Shown here: in pieces, positions 50,401-61,394 of the stretch
Layout of the letters: every line of letters begins with the position of its first letter
How positions within the stretch are numbered: the stretch's first letter is position 1
NCBI GenBank assembly: GCA_950097015.1
Contig: CATNEN010000029.1
Span: 4,030,001 to 4,094,000 of the forward strand
DNA length: 64,000 nucleotides
Source: Macrostomum hystrix
Lineage: Eukaryota > Animalia > Platyhelminthes
Reading direction: 5' to 3'
The notes under the pieces: model-generated
Database searches by the model: none
Seen by the model: the letters and a program-made list of their open reading frames with translations, nothing else
What the model was told of the DNA's origin: nothing
Translations under genes and position numbers: made by a program

Positions 50401-53400
50401 CCCGAGACGCTTCACCTCACAAGCGTGGACGATTTTTTCAACCCCCGCCGTCTATTCCCAATGTTCCGGATTATTTTTTGAACCCCCTGACTTCCATCCC
50501 GCAGGTTTCGGGCCTCGCCGGCCGGCACTCACTATTGGCACTCGCATTCGGGTCTGCAGCGCTCCGATGGTCTATTCGGCCCGCTGGTTGTCAGGCAGGC
50601 GTCAGACCCCCATGCCGGCCTGTACGACACGGATCTGCCTGAGCACACCCTGCTGCTATCCGACTGGTTTCATGAGCTCGGAGCTGCCAAATTCGCTGCC
50701 CATCACTATTCTAATGGCGATAATAAGCCCAAGGGACTGCTTATTAACGGTCTGTTCCTGAATCATCGCTGTATCTCACAGACGTGTTCTTCAGTTTCAA
50801 ATTATGCCAAAGGCCACTTTTCAGATCCCAAACTCTTCTGATCCCTATCTCTTCTGATCCCTATCTCTTCTGATCCCTATCTCTTCTGATCCCTATCTCT
50901 TCTGATCCCAATCTGTTCTGATCCCAATCTCTTCTGATCCCAATCTGTTCTGATCCCAATCTGTTCTGATCCCAATCTGTTCTGATCCCAATCTGTTCTG
51001 ATCCCAATCTCTTCTGATCCCAATCTGTTCTGATCCCAATCTGTTCTGATCCCAATCTGTTCTGATCCCAATCTGTTCTGATCCCAATCTGTTCTGATCC
51101 CAATCTGTTCTGATCCCAATCTGTTCTGATCCCAATCTCTTCTGATCCCAATCTGTTCTGATCCCAATCTGTTCTGATCCCAATCTGTTCTGATCCCAAT
51201 CTGTTCTGATCCCAATCTGTTCTGATCCCAATCTGTTCTGATCCCAAAATCAACTACAGGCCGTGGCGCCTTCGCCCCAGTCTCCACCGGAGGTCCTCAC
51301 ACGCCTCGCTACGTTCTGCGAGTTAGTCGCGGATTGCGTCATCGAATTCGCGTCATTAGCAACGCCATACTGAACTGCCCGTTCGTGCTGTCAGTTGCCA
51401 ATCACAGCCTTCTGGTCATCGCCACCGACGGGGCACCCGTGGAACCCGTGGAAGTTGACTCCCTGATTCTGTACGCTGGCGAACGCTTCGACTTTGTGCT
51501 CAAGGCTGATCAGCGGCCAGGAAATTACCTGCTCATGGTGGCTGGTCTCGCTGACTGCGATGCTCGCTTCACCTCCGCCAGGTAATTTGTTTATTGATTT
51601 GTACTGCAGACTTCGGGTATGGTGGAATCCTTCCCAGGTGGAATCCTTCCCAGGTGGAATCCTTCCCAGGTGGAATCCTATCCAGGTAGAATCCTATCCA
51701 TGTAGAATCCTATCCAGGTAGAATCCTATCCAGGTAGAATCCTATCCATGTAGAATCCTATCCAGGTAGAATCCTATCCATGTAGAATCCTATCCAGGTA
51801 GAATCCTATCCAGGTAGAATCCTATCCAGGTAGAATCCTATCCAGGTAGAATCCTATCCAGGTAGAATCCTGTCCAGGTAGAATCCTATCCGGGTAGAAT
51901 CCTATCCAGGTAGAATCCTATCCAGGTAGAATCCTATCCAGGTAGATTTCTTTCAAGGTAGAATCCAGAACATAAGCAGCTCGCATTATCCACCAGGCAG
52001 TCGGCCATCGTCAGCTACTCCGGCGTCGACGAGTTTCCACTTCAGGGCTCCGGAAATCCTGCGTACTCGGAGATGCTCGGCCTGCCCGGCGGCCGGCAGT
52101 TGAACCCGTTCAACAGGTCGCCAGACGCCAACCACATTGCAGTGACATCGCTGCGAACTCCAGCCGGATGGCAGCCAGCCGAGAGGCTCATCGTGGAAGG
52201 CCCGGCCGATGCCAAATTCTATCTGGCATTCGACTTTGAGGTTGTAAACAACAGCCGCTACCACAATCCAGCCTATTATCCAATCAGCGCAGTCAGGAAG
52301 TCTGACGGGCACCTGTACACACCGCAGATTAACAACATAGCCATGCACATGCCGCCAGCTCCTGTGCTGTACCAGATGGAGGATGTGGAAATGGTGAGAC
52401 CAGCTTCAGATTTAGGGTGAGATAAGAATGGTGTACAGTGTGGGATTAAAAAGGTTTACAGTGTGGGATTATAAAGGTTTACAGAGTGGGATTATAAAGG
52501 TTTACAGTGTGGGATTATAAAGGTTTACAGTGTGGGATTATAAAGGTTTACAGTGTGGGATTAGAATGGTTTACAGTGTGGGATTAGAATAGTGTACATT
52601 GTGGGATTAGAATGGTGTACAGTGGGATTAGAATAGCGTACAGTGTGGGATTAGAATGGTTTACAGTGTGGGATTAGAATAGTGTACAGTGGGATTAGAA
52701 TAGTGTACATTGTGGGATTAGAATAGCGTAAAGTGTGGGATTAGAATGGTTTACAGTGTGGGATTAGAATAGCGTACATTGTGGGATTAGAATAGTGTAC
52801 AGTGGGATTAGAATAGTGTACAGTGGGATTAGAATAGTGTACAGTGGGATTAGAATAGCGTACAGTGTGGGATTAGAATGGTTTACAGTGTGGGATTAGA
52901 ATAGTGTACATTGTGGGATTAGAATGGTGTACAGTGGGATTAGAATAGCGTACAGTGTGGGATTAGAATGGTTTACAGTGTGGGATTAGAATAGTGTACA
53001 GTGGGATTAGAATAGTGTACATTGTGGGATTAGAATAGCGTAAAGTGTGGGATTAGAATGGTTTACAGTGTGGGATTAGAATAGCGTACATTGTGGGATT
53101 AGAATAGTGTACAGTGGGATTAGAATAGTGTACAGTGGGATTAGAATAGTGTACAGTGGGATTAGAATAGTGTACATTGTGGGATTAGAATGGTGTACAG
53201 TGGGATTAGAATAGCGTACAGTGTGGGATTAGAATGGTTTACAGTGTGGGATTAGAATAGTGTACATTGTGGGATTAGAATGGTGTACAGTGGGATTAGA
53301 ATAGCGTACAGTGTGGGATTAGAATGGTTTACAGTGTGGGATTAGAATAGTGTACAGTGGGATTAGAATAGTGTACATTGTGGGATTAGAATAGCGTAAA

Positions 53401-55249
53401 GTGTGGGATTAGAATGGTTTACAGTGGGATTAGAATAGTGTACATTGTGGGATTAGAATAGCGTAAAGTGTGGGATTAGAATGGTTTACAGTGTGGGATT
53501 AGAATAGTGTACATTGTGGGATTAGAATAGTGTACAGTGGGATTAGAATAGTGTACAGTGGGATTAGAATAGTTTACATTGTGGGATTAGAATAGTGTAC
53601 AGTGGGATTAGAATAGTGTACATTGTGGGATTAGAATAGTGTACAGTGGGATTAGAATAGTGTACAGTGGGATTAGAATAGTGTACATTGTGGGATTAGA
53701 ATAGTGTACAGTGGGATTAGAATAGCGTACAGTGTGGGATTAGCATGCTGTACAGCTGTAGGATTAGCATTAGGATTAGTGTACAGTGTACAGTGCTCAT
53801 CCCTCTCTGCAGTCGCACATTTGCAACAACACGGATTTCGACCCAGCATTCTTGAACAGCTTCAAGTCTTGCCACCACGGCCTTCGCCTGGGCCTCAACC
53901 AGATTGTTGAGCTGGTGCTGATCGACAAGGGATTTACTTTTGACGCCAGCCACCCGTTTCACCTGCACGGCCAGTACTTCCGGGTCATCGGTATGGAGAA
54001 GGTAGACAAGTATGTTTTTGACAGTCCTTTTAAGCTACTGTTAGTAGAAACAGAAGAACTTGCTGTAAATAAACAAAAAAAAAATAAAAAAATTCTTTAG
54101 CTGGGCAACAGCGTCTCTGTTGAGGAGGTGAAGCTGCGAGACTCGGCTGGGCGACTGACACGGAATTTTGATAGGCCAGTGATAAAGGACACCGTCATTG
54201 TGCCCGATGGTGGCTACACCATTGTGAGATTTCGAACTGATAATCCAGGTAAGATTGTGAATGCGATTTTGTCTGGCAGGGATGACCTTGAAGGGATTTA
54301 TCTGAGTGGAATTCAACATACCGTGGATTCTACCTGGGAAGGATTCTACCTGGAAAGGATTCTACCTGGAAAGGATTCTATCTGGGAAGGATTCTACCTG
54401 GGAAGGATTCTATCTGGGAAGGATTCTACCTGGGAAGGATTCTACCTCGAAAGGATTCTACCTGGAAAGGATTCTACCTGGATAGGATTCTAGCTGGGAA
54501 GGTTTCTACCTGGGAAGGATTCTACCTGGAAAGGATCCTATCTGGGAAAGAATTCTACCTGGGAAGGATTCTATCTGGGAAGGATTCTACCTGGGAAGGA
54601 TTCTACCTGGAAAGGATTCTACCTGGAAAGGATTCTACCTGGATAGGATTCTAGCTGGGAAGTTTTCTACCTGGGAAGGATTCTACCTGGAAAGGATTCT
54701 ACCTGGAAAGGATTCTACCTGGGAAGGATTCTACCTGGAAAGGATTCTACCTGGAAAGGATTCTACCTGGAAAGGATTCTACCTGGAAAGGATTCTACCT
54801 GGAAAGGATTCTACCTGGAAAGGATTCTACCTGGAAAGGATTCTACCTGGAAAGGATTCTACCTGGAAAGGATTCTACCTGGAAAGGATTCTACCTGGAA
54901 AGGATTCTACCTAGGGAAAGATTATGCTTGGGAAGGTTTCTACCTGAGTATGTTCTAATCTGTCAACTCCCATTTTTTTTAATTCAAAAACTCAGGTGCA
55001 TGGCTTCTCCACTGCCATCTTGAATTTCACGTTGAGATCGGCATGGGCCTGCTGCTGCTAGTCGGCGATCCCTACCGGTGGGCCGTCGGAGTGCCGGAAA
55101 ATTTTCCCCGCTGCGGCAATTGGGAAGGTCCGGGACGGGACGGCCGACTGCTGGCCAAAGAACAGCAGCTGGCGAAGGGGCACCGGCTACAACTGCTTGG
55201 ACTGGGTCTGGCCGCAGTTGGAGCCCTTCTAGCGGCTGTGCTCATGTGA
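47441..55249 (+). CDS. Multicopper oxidase (insect MCO1/laccase-1-like), secreted with a C-terminal hydrophobic anchor, 8 exons, ~697 aa
   Basis: Exons 47441-47546, 49663-50095, 50505-50749, 51260-51581, 51997-52393, 53813-54001, 54101-54248 and 54996-55249 are phase-consistent. The protein has a signal peptide, a Cys-rich N-terminal region and all four Cu motifs ([27 protein letters not shown] with axial Met). It ends in the hydrophobic tail [24 protein letters not shown] at ~55478. Confidence 0.93.
47612..49025. repeat. 34/35-bp minisatellite in oxidase intron 1 (ctgtgattcttcccctgttttagttgggagaacc)
   Basis: Tandem units. Confidence 0.96.
49380..49662. repeat. Degenerate 22-bp array (gttgctatgctcaggtagaata) ending at the intron 1 acceptor
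   Basis: About 12 diverged units; the last unit is the real acceptor ttgctatgttcag|gt. Confidence 0.85.
50148..50504. repeat. Degenerate ~45-47-bp array in oxidase intron 2 ending at the acceptor
   Basis: Units ggattattctttgaaccccccg...atcccgcag; the last unit is the real acceptor. Confidence 0.82.
50822..51246. repeat. 16-bp minisatellite in oxidase intron 3 (ttctgatcccaatctg)
   Basis: Tandem units. Confidence 0.95.
51620..51965. repeat. 16-bp minisatellite in oxidase intron 4 (ggtagaatcctatcca)
   Basis: Tandem units; reverse complement of the intron 7 array. Confidence 0.94.
52428..53790. repeat. 21-23-bp minisatellite in oxidase intron 5 (gggattagaatagtgtacagt)
   Basis: Tandem variant units. 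Confidence 0.95.
54325..54950. repeat. 16-bp minisatellite in oxidase intron 7 (ggaaaggattctacct)
   Basis: Tandem units. Confidence 0.95.
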
Positions 55250-55277
55250 GTCTGGTCGAATCGCGCTATTAAAAAGC

Positions 55278-55460
55278 AATTCTTAGAAAGCGATTCCTAG
55301 AAAGCGATTCTTAGAAAGCGATTTCTAGAAAGCGATTCCTAGAAAGCGATTCCTAGAAAGCGATTCCTAGAAAGCGATTCCTAGAAAACGATTCCTAGAA
55401 AGCGATTCCTAGAAAGCGATTCCTAGAAAGCGATTCCTAGAAAGCTATTCTTAGAGATCG
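55278..55460. repeat. 14-bp minisatellite in the probable oxidase 3' UTR (ttcctagaaagcga)
   Basis: About 12 units between the stop (55249) and AATAAA (~55478). Confidence 0.92.
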
Positions 55461-56045
55461 TTTCTCTGAGTCTTTTAAATAAATGAAATATGAATACACA
55501 CTTTTTAGTTTGCCAGGAGTTGTGAGAAATGACGCACCTTTGCAATTTAGTTTAGACAGCGTGCTTTGTTAAACTATATTTTTCTTGAAAATAACAGTTT
55601 CTCTTAGAAATCCGTTACATTCCTAAGAATTTCTGTTCGGTGTTATAATAGAACAAACCATTTTGAACAAAAATATTGACAATGAAGACAAGTATACTTA
55701 ACTAAAAATACATTAAAAGGAAAAATTTTTACTAATTTTTTACTGAATCTCTCGAATTTAAACCCGCGCCAAAAACCAACTGAATCATCCGCAGCTCCGT
55801 GATTTGCACGAAGCGGTTCGCGCTGCGCTTCCAAGCTCTGAACCGCATAGAGACTGTCAGTCAGGCTGTCAGCTATGGCTCAGTTAGGACATCACAATTA
55901 ACTATCGATAAATGAATAGATCAATGAACTCATTCGGCTATGTACCTATATATGCATGTACCTATACATTTGTTTCTTGCCAACAGGTTTGCGAAGTAAA
56001 TCATTTTGTTTGAAATACTTTGTTGCTTTAATTCCATTCTTTAAA

Positions 56046-56327
56046 TGGGTCAGCGGCAGAGCTGTCTAACGCGTTTGCCTCTCGAACCGAGGTCCCTGAG
56101 CTCGATTCCGCGGCGAGGCCACATTCATTTGGGGCGCAGCCGCGGATAGAAGGCCTTGGAGGCTTGTCGTGCATTTCAGACCATTGAGGGCCAACCTCCA
56201 AGGCACAGTGAAATTTGTACACTGCCTGAACATGAGAAAGTTAAGGCAGATGTACACACCTGTATGAGCGTGTGTGCTCAGGACTCAGCGAAATGGGGCA
56301 GAATTGCCTCCTTACTGGCTGCGGGTC
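56046..56327 (+). mobile_element. tRNA-derived SINE copy 1 (~280 bp)
   Basis: tRNA-like head (ggcagagctg...ctcgattcc); homologous along its length to the inverted copy at 56989-57247. Confidence 0.75.
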
Positions 56328-56988
56328 CACTTATAATCAATACAATATGAGCAATAGAAATAGGTACATGGTTACATGAAAAACTCTACGATGCTGATGT
56401 TTTCTGATCCTGAAAGTTTTTTCATCGGTTAGATTGGAAAATCTTGTTCTGGATTTTCATCGTCGATTGATTGAATATTTTGGGAGATACAAAAAATGTG
56501 GTTATTTGGAATACCCCGTATTTCTAGTGTTCCGAGTAATAACTCGACTTCTACAAAAAGTAAAAAAATTAAACAAAAAATTGAATAATTATTTATGATT
56601 CTACTAATAGTAGCAACCGCGAATGCCTTGGCTGCCCGTTTATATCTTTGTGATTTGCTCTGGCGGGCCACTTAAAGTGTCTCCTGTTGCTTGTAGTGAA
56701 TGCATCGGTTTTTTTAAAATAGCTATTCGCTAGATTTCTAATTTAACAAATAATCAATGAGAAATGGGCTGTGTACAATTGTTCAGTCCATGGACTGGGA
56801 GGTCTGTCTGGCTCATTGATACCAATTATTTCCATTGATTTGCGATGCGAACTCACGACCACTTTATCAGAAATTCGAACCTGAAACCCCTGATATTATG
56901 ATTTATCTTCAGTCTAGACTACTATATAGTTTATATGATAATAATTGCTGGAAAGCTGTGGGTACTGACACATCATTTAATGACACTA

Positions 56989-57247
56989 GACCCGCAGCCA
57001 GCGAGGAGACAATTCTGCCCATTCCGCTGACTCCTGATCACACGCTCACACAGGTGTGAACATCGTCACGCAGTGTACACTCTCACTGTGCGTTGGAGGT
57101 TGGCCCTAAAGGGCGTCAATTGCACGACAAGCCCCCAAGCCTTCTCTCCGCGGCTGCGCCCCAAATGAATGTGGCCTCGCCGCGGAATCGAACTTAGGGA
57201 CCTTGGTGCGAGAGGCAAATGCGTTAACCGCTCTGCCACTCACCCCC
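56989..57247 (-). mobile_element. tRNA-derived SINE copy 2 (inverted)
   Basis: The - strand reads ggggtgagtggcagagcggttaacgca...aagttcgattcc (box A tggcagagcgg, box B gttcgattc). The body matches copy 1 through ggctgcgggtc. Confidence 0.78.
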
Positions 57248-57949
57248 ATTGTCGATATCATCAGTGGCTATATAAGTCTGCTGTCTATGTCTTCTATTAA
57301 CAAATAAATTTATACGTTTTGCCGAACATTAGAAAACTGTCTTTTTCCTTCACATTTGTGTTGTGCTCAGATAAATTCTATTTAGAAATTCAATCATCAA
57401 ATGCTGATAAGTCGGCATGAATTTCTTCAATCGATGATGATGAAAGATCAGCAGAAGAGTTTAAATTCGCACACGTGACCCTCTATTAGAAGCAAATTGG
57501 TTGAATTTTTGTGTGGCCCGTGTTTTCATAGGTTCAGCTGCTGCGTCTGACCCATCGGAATAATATTATTCAGTAGCCTCGTGTCTGTTTGATTGCGTCA
57601 GTTCCGCATTTGAAAAGAAAACTTTAGTGACAGCTCTTAATTGCCTAAATCTGTTTGTGAGGCTATCAATGTGGCCAGCGCACACGCTCAAACTCCATCT
57701 ACCCACTCCCGGGTCTCACGAAAACTCGTGGTTGAGTCTAGTCTTATCAGCTAAATGGAGGCTTCACAACTTGGCGACTTGAGATGACAGATTTTGAAAG
57801 GCGTAGAGACACGGAGGAAGATAGGCAGAGCAGAAGAAAGAGAACAAAATAGAACTGGAGAGTAGAATACAGAGGAGTTGTGGTGAGAGAGGTAGGAAGA
57901 TTGAGAGGAGAGGGAGAGGAAGAGGAAGATAGAGAGGGAGACGTAGAGG

Positions 57950-58230
57950 GAGAGGGAGAGTGAGAGTGAGAGGGAGAGGAACAGGAAGAGGGAGAGGAAC
58001 AGGAAGAGGGAGAGGAACAGGAAGAGGGAGAGGAACAGGAAGAGGGAGAGGAACAGGAAGAGGGAGAGGAACAGGAAGAGGGAGAGGAACAGGAAGAGGG
58101 AGAGGAACAGGAAGAGGGAGAGGAACAGGAAGAGGGAGAGGAACAGGAACAGGAAGAGGGAGAGGAACAGGAAGAGGGAGAGGGAGAGGAACAGGAAGAG
58201 GGAGAGGCAAAGGGAGAGGGAGACGGGTAG
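57950..58230. repeat. 18-bp purine-rich minisatellite (gagggagaggaacaggaa)
   Basis: Tandem units within a wider purine-rich tract. Confidence 0.92.
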
Positions 58231-58589
58231 CAAAGGACAAAGACAGGCTGTGTAGGCCGCTAGCCAGAGACAGGCGGGCACAGTAAGCTGTAGTATTAGC
58301 AGTGCAGCAGGAACAAAGGGAACAGGGGTCATGGGGTCGGCAGCTACCAGCGTCCTTGCACAACAAAGACCAGAACTCGGCGACAGCCGCAGTCAGCGGG
58401 AGACTAGGCTGAAAATCCTGGCCCAATTGTTTTGTTAATTACTGGGGAAGGCCCAGAAAAACTGTCAGAGCTCGGAGGTATTCGTCACTGGATAGTTTTG
58501 TAAAAACAGCTGACCTGTTAAACTATGATATTAGACTTGACAATTTAATATTGTTGAACTATTCAGTCTACAGTCTTGGGATTTGAGAG

Positions 58590-60590
58590 AGGGAAGAGAA
58601 TTGGTCTAACAGGGAGAGAGTGGTGAATGAGGGAGATAGTTGACGGCAGAGATTGAGTTAATGGGATAAAGGGAGAAAGTTGATGGGACAGGGAGAGAGT
58701 TGATGGGATAAAGGGAGAAAGTTGATGGGACAGGGAGAGAGTTGATGGGACAGGGAGAGAGTTTATGGGACAGGGAGAGAGAGTTGATGGGGCAGGAAGA
58801 GAGTTGATGGGACAGGGAGAGAGTTGATGGGACAGGGAGAGAGTTGATGGGACAGGGAGAGAGTTGATGGGACAGGGAGAGAGAGTTGATGGGACAGGGA
58901 GAGAGTTGATGGGACAGGGAGAGAGAGTTGATGGGACAGGGAGAGAGAGTTGATGGGACAGGGAGAGAGTTGATGGGACAGGGAGAGAGTTGATGGGACA
59001 GGGAGAGAGAGTTGATGGGACAGGGAGAGAGTTGATGGGACAGGGAGAGAGAGAGTTGATGGGACAGGGAGAGAGTTGATGGGACAGGGAGAGAGTTGAT
59101 GGGACAGGGAGAGAGAGTTGATGGGACAGGGAGAGAGTTGATGGGACAGGGAGAGAGTTGATGGGACAGGGAGAGAGAGTTGATGGGACAGGGAGAGAGT
59201 TGATGGGACAGGGAGAGAGTTGATGGGACAGGGAGAGAGTTGATGGGACAGGGAGAGAGAGTTGATGGGACAGGGAGAGAGAGAGTTGATGGGACAGGGA
59301 GAGAGAGTTGATGGGACAGGGAGAGAGTTGATGGGACAGGGAGAGAGTTGATGGGACAGGGAGAGAGAGTTGATGGGACAGGGAGAGAGAGAGTTGATGG
59401 GACAGGGAGAGAGTTGATGGGACAGGGAGAGAGAGTTGATGGGACAGGGAGAGAGTTGATGGGACAGGGAGAGAGAGTTGATGGGACAGGGAGAGAGTTG
59501 ATGGGACAGGGAGAGAGTTGATGGGACAGGGAGAGAGTTGATGGGACAGGCAGAGAGATTTGATGGGACAGGGAGAGAGTTGATGGGACAGGCAGAGAGA
59601 GTTGATGGGACAGGGAGAGAGAGTTGATGGGACAGGGAGAGAGTTGATGGGACAGGGAGAGAGTTGATGGGACAGGGAGAGAGAGTTGATGGGACAGGGA
59701 GAGAGTTGATGGGACAGGGAGAGAGTTGATGGGACAGGGAGAGAGAGTTGATGGGACAGGGAGAGAGAGAGTTGATGGGACAGGGAGAGAGTTGATGGGA
59801 CAGGGAGAGAGAGTTGATGGGACAGGGAGAGAGAGTTGATGGGACAGGGAGAGAGAGAGTTGATGGGACAGGGAGAGAGTTGATGGGACAGGGAGAGAGA
59901 GTTGATGGGACAGGGAGAGAGTTGATGGGACAGGGAGAGAGTTGATGGGACAGGGAGAGAGTTGATGGGACAGGGAGAGAGTTGATGGGACAGGGAGAGA
60001 GTTGATGGGACAGGGAGAGAGTTGATGGGACAGGGAGAGAGTTGATGGGACAGGGAGAGAGTTGATGGGACAGGCAGAGAGAGTTGATGGGACAGGGAGA
60101 GAGTTGATGGGACAGGCAGAGAGAGTTGATGGGACAGGCAGAGAGAGTTGATGGGACAGGGAGAGAGTTGATGGGACAGGCAGAGAGAGTTGATGGGACA
60201 GGGAGAGAGTTGATGGGACAGGCAGAGAGAGTTGATGGGACAGGGAGAGAGTTGATGGGACAGGCAGAGAGAGTTCATGGGACAGGGAGAGAGTTGATGG
60301 GACAGGGAGAGAGTTGATGGGACAGGGAGAGAGTTGATGGGACAGGGAGAGAGTTGATGGGACAGGCAGAGAGAGTTGATGGGACAGGCAGAGAGAGTTG
60401 ATGGGACAGGGAGAGAGTTGATGGGACAGGGAGAGAGTTGATGGGACAGGGAGAGAGTTGATGGGACAGGCAGAGAGAGTTGATGGGACAGGCAGAGAGA
60501 GTTGATGGGACAGGGAGAGAGTTGATGGGACAGGGAGAGAGTTGATGGGACAGGCAGAGAGAGTTGATGGGACAGGCAGATGGAGACAGG
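58590..60590. repeat. 20-24-bp minisatellite (gttgatgggacagggagaga, variable GA tail)
   Basis: About 2 kb of tandem units. Confidence 0.96.
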
Positions 60591-61394
60591 TAGATAGAGT
60601 AGCAGTGAAGAAAGCTCAGGCAGTTTTGTGCTTACTAGCTCGTATAAAAGCGGCCTCTCGTGGTAGATTATCACAGTCTGTATGGGATATTGGGGAGGTC
60701 AGTGGGGATCTTTGCGGAGCCGCACGTTCGTCTCTCATCCATCTGTTTTTCGAAGCCAATTATCCCAGGAGATTAACGTCATGCGATTCTATGATTCCCG
60801 AGAATGGCAAGGGGTCGGCAATGGCGGGGGATTTAGCGATTCTCACAGGGAATAGGGAGAGAGTTAGCTGAGAAAGTCAATTATAGAAATTACACTTTTC
60901 ATAGTATACAGAATTGTGCTCGGGAATTGGCCAGTTATTTTGCGTGGCTTTGGCCCACTTGATCCTTCTGTTAATTTCTTCCACATCCAGTGCGCGCGCT
61001 CGCTTGGTGCTTGTGGCAGGGGGGAGGGGAGAATAGCCACGAGTCCCATTGCTAGATCCCATTCAGACTTAAAGACTAATTTGGTGATTGCGGTTTAGCA
61101 ATCCGAATTCGTTAGATAATCACTTGGATGACTTCATCGCCTACTCTGGTTGGGGGCTTATAAACTCGGCTAAAGCCGCGTTCCAAATTTGAAGTCTTGA
61201 GAGAAGGAAAGGACCAGATCCACTTGATCAAAAATTTGCTTAACCTTATCCCAACACACGCAAACCAACTCATGGATATGACACTGCGAGCAAGCCGCGC
61301 TTCAGCCCTGGATCCGCTGCGGTCGGTGAGAATAGGTGAGCTGCTCACTCATTGGACTCATAATTATATAAATAACAATGGCATTTTATTGCCA

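Noticed and set aside
47441-55249. Horizontal or bacterial origin of the oxidase
   Set aside because: It has seven spliceosomal introns and an animal MCO1-type Cys-rich N-terminus.
56046-57247. Functional tRNA genes
   Set aside because: The heads have A/B boxes but no proper acceptor or anticodon stem, and they continue into a shared non-tRNA body.
60864-61062. RTE/LINE reverse-transcriptase remnant (EEINRRI..A and ILY on the - strand)
   Set aside because: The motifs are short, lie in different frames and lack other RT signatures.
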